From contig JAEEXP010000002.1 in assembly GCA_016287865.1 (NCBI GenBank), positions 7,859 through 71,858 of the forward strand: a DNA stretch of 64,000 nucleotides, written 5' to 3'. Each line of letters starts with the position of its first letter. The stretch's first letter is position 1. Positions 60,001 through 64,000 of this stretch are shown here, piece after piece. A program made the translations under genes and the position numbers. The DNA is from Bacillales bacterium. GTDB taxonomy: Bacteria > Bacillota_I > Bacilli_A > Izemoplasmatales > UBA1188. The notes beneath the pieces are model-generated. The model worked only from the letters and a program-made list of their open reading frames with translations, was not told where the DNA came from and did not search any database.

Positions 60001-61739
60001 GGATTGGTGAAACCGGTATTGTTCAAAATTTAAAGATAACTAATTCAATTGTTCAAGGTTGGCAAAATCTTGGATTCCTTGTTGGTAGACTTGATGGAAC
60101 AATTAGAAATGTTACAATCTATAATTCTGCGATTGAATCTCGTGGTGGAACATGGGCTAAATTAAGCATCGTTGCATTCAAAGGCGGATCAGGTGTTGTT
60201 GATTATGTTGAAGCAATTAATGTTGCTGGTTCTTGCATTGTAGCCGAAGTTAAAACTCCGCTAGAAATTTTGGGTATAGTAAGAGATGAATCAGGCTATA
60301 ATTATGGCGCAGAAAAAGTAACAAACACATATTGTGGTCCAGCTTATCCAGTTGAAATTAAATCAATTGACACAAATAATATTCAAGTTTCACAAGGTGA
60401 AACACTTGATCTATCTACAGTCTTTATTACAGTTAAATTAAGTGATGGAACAGAGATTCAAACTAATCCAACTTCAATTGAAGGAGAACTAGATACATCG
60501 ACTCTTGGTGAAAAGAATGTTTCATTTAAATATGAAGCCAACGGACATGACGCGTCGTTAGTTGGAACAGTTACGGTAATTGAACATCTTGATACAATGG
60601 TTGCTCAACTTAAAGAAGGAAAAACTGGTGTAGTTATTCCTTATAACAATGGTTGGAATTTAGCTAATGTTACTAACTGGTTAGATATTATAACTATTGA
60701 GATTGAAGGTGAAACAGTAACTGATATGACAGGCATTACTGCAGTTGCAGATAAATTGTCTGGAGAATCAGTTAAAGTTTCCTTTAATAAAGAAGGATGC
60801 ACATCTTCATCGGTAACAATGGTAATTGATTTAGAAATAAAAGACTATGAATCATTTATGGCAATCAACGATAATCCTGATGGAAGATTTATAGTAACAA
60901 AAGATGTTTTCTTCTCATCTACTCAAAAAACAACAAATCAATCTTATATTACTGCACCTTTCACTGGATATTTAGATGGTCAAGGACATTATTTATATGA
61001 ATTCAATATTGATACAGCATTATCTAACGCTGGTTTATTTATGGGTACTGATAATAATAGAATGACTGGAACAATTAAGAATCTTAGACTAATTGGAAAA
61101 GTTAAATCAACTGCTAGTTATGTTGGTGCTATTTGTATGAGAAATGATGGTGTAATTGAAAATTGTTATATTAACGTCATTACTGAAGGTGATACAAATG
61201 TTGGCGGAATAGTAAATAATAACTATGGAACAATTAGTGGCTGTTTAGTTTTAGGAAATGTAATTGGAAATGAAAAAGTTGGTGGCATTGTTCGTAAAAC
61301 ACAAGCCGGTGGAACAACTATAAATTGTGTAGCTATAAATTATGGAAATACTGGTGCACACGCAAGTGAACCAGCTGGCACAGAAACAAACATTACTGCA
61401 GTACCAGTTATCGGAGTAATTGATTCTAATACCTTTGGTATAGCTGACGATTTATATAATGAATTAATTAAACTTACATTTAAAGAATGCAAAGTATTGT
61501 GGAAAGAAAATTCTAATATAATTACTGAATGTGCTGTTGGCCACGAATTTAATAAAGATGAAATTGAATTACATGTTTATCGCAATAATGAAGATCAACC
61601 ATATGATTTTGAGATTACAAATATAGAAGTTGATACTTCGGTTGCTGGTGAAAATATTCCTCTTGTTCTTACAATTGAAGAAGGATATCAACAAACATTT
61701 GATCTTACTATTTATATAACAGTAAAAGCAACTGAATAA
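57063..61739 (+). CDS. Giant surface lipoprotein, paralogue of the preceding gene (Ig-like repeats plus three beta-helix modules)
   Basis: Lipobox MVGC; shares FDGEG.G...QIG..FTGKFDG, GWQ, GG.WA, IPYNNGW with 52239..56987. Confidence 0.75.
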   Translation: MKKGLKQFAFIIFSLVVALTMVGCKRKTTKTEPQKTNTPQSSTTTTKKGGESQTQTQPTQKVLKQLNLKSEPSKASIFMDELDTSDLLQGAVFEAQYSDGSKKTLNLSELSVTMPEDGVTLGDNEITVSYEEAGVKKSFVLSIFLKLKGKEDVEEYLVFAFDQKGDETLCPVPSLPEGTKLYDMLGEEIVPVDGNIAYSGAGELFLKAVTGDDETYVLVKVGHLIKTEEDFAKINEDLDGYYILHNDIIFDNFKLSPVIGQIAMIEVEGSEDKLPDFNDSSNKPFNGTFDGNGFSLIQYNLYVPEGVAYHSKEAWGLGIFNYVGEEGIVKDLSLKYCSVDGGQNTSLLCGVNKGYIENIVIEDSNYLYSNFNRGAAISAFNYGVVQNIICRLTKFYAKNEHTLDLPITLFENKPQEITNGFIDRLNHTEDLPNGFKYYEGLGMALVNPYFFAIVNEYGSELKLGERYEIKIVANEGINPVFVVLLNDETDSDLTVVKDETDGKYYLSFEPGVLKADDMVTILAAYPSLDFEHGEIITVDIKDILVKPADLVSVELKYPINVIEGLDIDITGAKLVFTYSDSTTKELDVLHQVGFDKTKGVGAQTIKLFYGEAQDLFVECEVNIVAKEATGIEVRKTEAAKASYQKDETLSLEGYTVVVKYNNNTESEPIALTSQMIDQTSYDMSEAGEYNVKVTYEGFDATFKIVVTEVSLTDINITGNLLKDTYKYGDTLTAADFTSVTVEAIYSDNSVVPLSFTDYSLSYDFNKVGSADVRIAYNGISKNVFTVTVEDYEKSLSVEFNELGENDKFIYDIANKTDNFKDFFKSVKVIMASGALNELTGSDLDLVKPVGLKSGACQLGFKLVDSVAHETIVETENKVDVEVWYQVTTQAQFFAIADNMAGYYLLGNDIAFEGWRLPIGVVPLRAKSGDNYPFDGEGYGSAEGQIGIPFTGKFDGQNHTLSNVKINVDGYAAYGVAIFGWIGETGIVQNLKITNSIVQGWQNLGFLVGRLDGTIRNVTIYNSAIESRGGTWAKLSIVAFKGGSGVVDYVEAINVAGSCIVAEVKTPLEILGIVRDESGYNYGAEKVTNTYCGPAYPVEIKSIDTNNIQVSQGETLDLSTVFITVKLSDGTEIQTNPTSIEGELDTSTLGEKNVSFKYEANGHDASLVGTVTVIEHLDTMVAQLKEGKTGVVIPYNNGWNLANVTNWLDIITIEIEGETVTDMTGITAVADKLSGESVKVSFNKEGCTSSSVTMVIDLEIKDYESFMAINDNPDGRFIVTKDVFFSSTQKTTNQSYITAPFTGYLDGQGHYLYEFNIDTALSNAGLFMGTDNNRMTGTIKNLRLIGKVKSTASYVGAICMRNDGVIENCYINVITEGDTNVGGIVNNNYGTISGCLVLGNVIGNEKVGGIVRKTQAGGTTINCVAINYGNTGAHASEPAGTETNITAVPVIGVIDSNTFGIADDLYNELIKLTFKECKVLWKENSNIITECAVGHEFNKDEIELHVYRNNEDQPYDFEITNIEVDTSVAGENIPLVLTIEEGYQQTFDLTIYITVKATE

Positions 61740-61755
61740 TTAAACATTAAATAAG

Positions 61756-61788
61756 TCTATGTGTGGGGCTTTAAACCCCACACATAGA
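61756..61788 (+). other. Strong intra-operon stem-loop without U-tract
   Basis: TCTATGTGTGGGG/CCCCACACATAGA 13-bp stem immediately before the GGAGG RBS. Confidence 0.65.
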
Positions 61789-61799
61789 TGGAGGTTTAT

Positions 61800-63377
61800 A
61801 TGAAAAAGAATCTATTTATAAAAGTAATACTTAGTCTAGTATTATGTTTATTTATCGGAATAAATGTTAGAGGTAAAGCAAAAGCTTCACCTTTTCCTGA
61901 TCCAAATAAAACTCCAAGAATGGTTACTTTAACAATTTATAATGATAATGGTATACATATGGGTTTTAATTGGAATACCACTCACTATACTTCAAGTGAT
62001 GTTGAAGTAGTTAGAGATGATGATTCAAATGCGTTTACGTCATCATCTGTGATTAGAAGTAGTGGTACGTTTAGAGTATCTCCTGCAAGCGAAGCTGATG
62101 GTATTATTCATAGTGCTACATCAGGTGAACTTGAATATAACACTAAATATAAATATAGAGTGGGTGATTCTGAACTTAATATATTTAGTGAAGTAGGTAC
62201 TTTCACAACTGGTTCAAACACATATAAACCTTTTAATATCGTTCATGTTTCTGACCCACAAGCTTCAAGCGAAAACTATTATAATGTCTATGGTACTTTA
62301 TTAAGTGAAGCTATCAAAACTAATCCTAGTTTTATTATTAATACTGGTGATATGGTTGAATCTAACTGGATAGGTCACATTCCAAATCTTGATCAATGGG
62401 AATGGGTACTCACAGATAGATTTAATATTATGAAGGATTATCCTTTAATGGCGGTCGCAGGAAACCATGAAGAGGCATCTTATGATTTTAGTTCAAGATT
62501 TAATGTGAATAATCCAGAATCTTGTGATGGAAGAAGTGGACTTTATTATTCATATGATTATAATGGCGTACACTTCTTAGCGATTAATACTAATGATACA
62601 TTAGGAAGAGAATCAGCTACTGATGCTAGAGGATTATCAAGTACTCAACTTGAATGGATTGAAAATGATTTAAAGAATAATCAAAACGCTAAATGGATTA
62701 TTGTTTATATGCATAAAGGAATCTTTGATAGCGGAGGTCACTCAGTAAACGCAGAAGGGAAAGATTATGATATAGAGAAAATTAGAGAAGAACTCGCTCC
62801 ACTATTCTCTAAATATAATGTTTCACTAGTTCTTCAAGGTCATGACCATCTTTATAGTAAGACATATCCAGTAAACGCAAAAATAGTAAACAATAACCTT
62901 GAAGCTATAGGAAATAAAGATGCAATAAAAATATCTTATTCATATAATGATAAGAACTATCAAGTATATAATGGTTATGAAGGAACTATTTATTTAAATA
63001 GTGGTTCATCAACTGGTTCAAAATACTATTCACCAATTGAAGGAATGTATAGTAAAGATATAATTGAAGATACATCTAATCCATCAATGGTAATGTATTC
63101 AAATATTATATTTACTGAAGATGCACTACTTATTGATACTTATACTATGGATACTGAAGGTAAAACTACTCTTTATAAATCGTTTGGAATGCTAAATGAA
63201 AAAAGAGATATTCCAAACCCGGTTGATCCAGCAGACCCAGTAGACCCAGTTGATCCAACTAAACCTAAAAATAATATGGTATTATTAATACTTTCAATTG
63301 TAGGTCCAAGTATTTTAGTTCTAGGTGGCGCTATAGTATTTGTTTTAATTAGAAATAATAAAAGGAGAAATAAATAA
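61800..63377 (+). CDS. Surface-anchored purple acid phosphatase-family metallophosphoesterase
   Basis: Signal peptide, FN3-like YKYRVGD, HVSDPQ, TGD, GNHE, GHDH; PVD-repeat linker, C-terminal TM and basic tail. Confidence 0.88.
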   Translation: MKKNLFIKVILSLVLCLFIGINVRGKAKASPFPDPNKTPRMVTLTIYNDNGIHMGFNWNTTHYTSSDVEVVRDDDSNAFTSSSVIRSSGTFRVSPASEADGIIHSATSGELEYNTKYKYRVGDSELNIFSEVGTFTTGSNTYKPFNIVHVSDPQASSENYYNVYGTLLSEAIKTNPSFIINTGDMVESNWIGHIPNLDQWEWVLTDRFNIMKDYPLMAVAGNHEEASYDFSSRFNVNNPESCDGRSGLYYSYDYNGVHFLAINTNDTLGRESATDARGLSSTQLEWIENDLKNNQNAKWIIVYMHKGIFDSGGHSVNAEGKDYDIEKIREELAPLFSKYNVSLVLQGHDHLYSKTYPVNAKIVNNNLEAIGNKDAIKISYSYNDKNYQVYNGYEGTIYLNSGSSTGSKYYSPIEGMYSKDIIEDTSNPSMVMYSNIIFTEDALLIDTYTMDTEGKTTLYKSFGMLNEKRDIPNPVDPADPVDPVDPTKPKNNMVLLILSIVGPSILVLGGAIVFVLIRNNKRRNK

Positions 63378-64000
63378 TGATTAAATTTGGTACTGGTGGT
63401 TTTAGAGGCATTATCGGTGATGATTTCACAAAAGAAAACGTACAAAGGATCGCTCAAGGTTTAGCGAATATTTCTAAAGAAGAAAAGAACCATAAAGCTA
63501 TTCTAATCGGATATGATTATCGTTTTATGTCTGATGTTGCGGCTAAGTGGATCGCAGAAGTACTTGCAGCTAATAAGATTAAAGTACTTTTATATACTGA
63601 GGCTATGCCTACTCCAGCTATTTTATTCTCAACTGTAGATAGAGGTCTTAAATATGGAGTAATGATTACCGCAAGTCATAATCCATACTTTTATAATGGT
63701 GTAAAACTCTTCGCAGATAATCAAGACGCTGATGAAGTCTTCACTAAGAGAATGGAAGACATCATCAACAAAGATTTAGAAGTTAAAACTATGAGATATG
63801 AAGAAGCATTAAACCTTGGTTTAATCAAACTCTTTACTGATAAGAGAAAATATCTTAAGAAAATAGAATCATTCGTTACTTTAAATAATAATAGAAAAGA
63901 TATTAGAATTCTTTATGACAATCTTCACGGTGTTGGCGCTAAATGTATCATGCCAATATATAAAAAGATGGGAGTAAGTCTAAAAACCCTCAATATTGAG
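63377..64000 (+). CDS. Alpha-D-phosphohexomutase (phosphoglucomutase/phosphomannomutase family), 3'-truncated by the window
   Basis: ATG overlaps the previous stop; MIKFGTGGFRG, GYD.RFMS, PTP, ITASHNP..YNGVK. Confidence 0.92.
   Translation, partial: MIKFGTGGFRGIIGDDFTKENVQRIAQGLANISKEEKNHKAILIGYDYRFMSDVAAKWIAEVLAANKIKVLLYTEAMPTPAILFSTVDRGLKYGVMITASHNPYFYNGVKLFADNQDADEVFTKRMEDIINKDLEVKTMRYEEALNLGLIKLFTDKRKYLKKIESFVTLNNNRKDIRILYDNLHGVGAKCIMPIYKKMGVSLKTLNIE

Noticed and set aside
63211-63257. Short tandem repeat CCAGT(A/T)GA(C/T)
   Set aside because: It simply encodes the PVD linker of the phosphoesterase
38152-64000. Ordinary chitin or laminarin utilization locus
   Set aside because: No GH18, GH19 or GH20 motif seen; nagA/nagB coupling argues against a pure glucan. 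Disfavoured, not excluded
1-64000. CRISPR array, rRNA, prophage, transposase, or TGA=Trp recoding
   Set aside because: No spaced repeats or corresponding genes seen; long ORFs are intact under the standard code

Overview
Very AT-rich bacterial chromosomal segment using the standard code (TGG=Trp, TGA used as stop) and rich in lipoproteins (11 clear lipoboxes). This fits an anaerobic Acholeplasmatales/Anaeroplasma-like mollicute, which is an inference. The left 38 kb mixes housekeeping genes (gap, tcdA, cysK, RlmI-like methyltransferase, glutathione peroxidase, two tRNA-Arg genes) with a trimeric electron-bifurcating [FeFe]-hydrogenase operon (hydC-B-A). It also holds a compact NiCo-type riboswitch in front of a CDF metal exporter, a RhuM-family gene followed by two decayed variant copies that each carry a different coding palindrome, a Crp/Fnr-controlled ABC module, an M6 metalloprotease lipoprotein, and a membrane-anchored uL15-domain protein followed by a small variable cassette region. 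The right 26 kb (38152 to the window end) is one divergent glycan-utilization locus: nagA, nagB, a GH94-like phosphorylase and a sugar-binding lipoprotein on the minus strand; a GH16 lipoprotein, two ABC permeases, three giant beta-helix/Ig-like surface lipoproteins, a ROK repressor, a surface metallophosphoesterase and a phosphohexomutase on the plus strand. The gene logic points to phosphorolytic breakdown of a beta-1,3-linked GlcNAc polymer (acholetin-like), with the GH16 as a candidate endo-enzyme. All assignments come from motif reading, not database searches.
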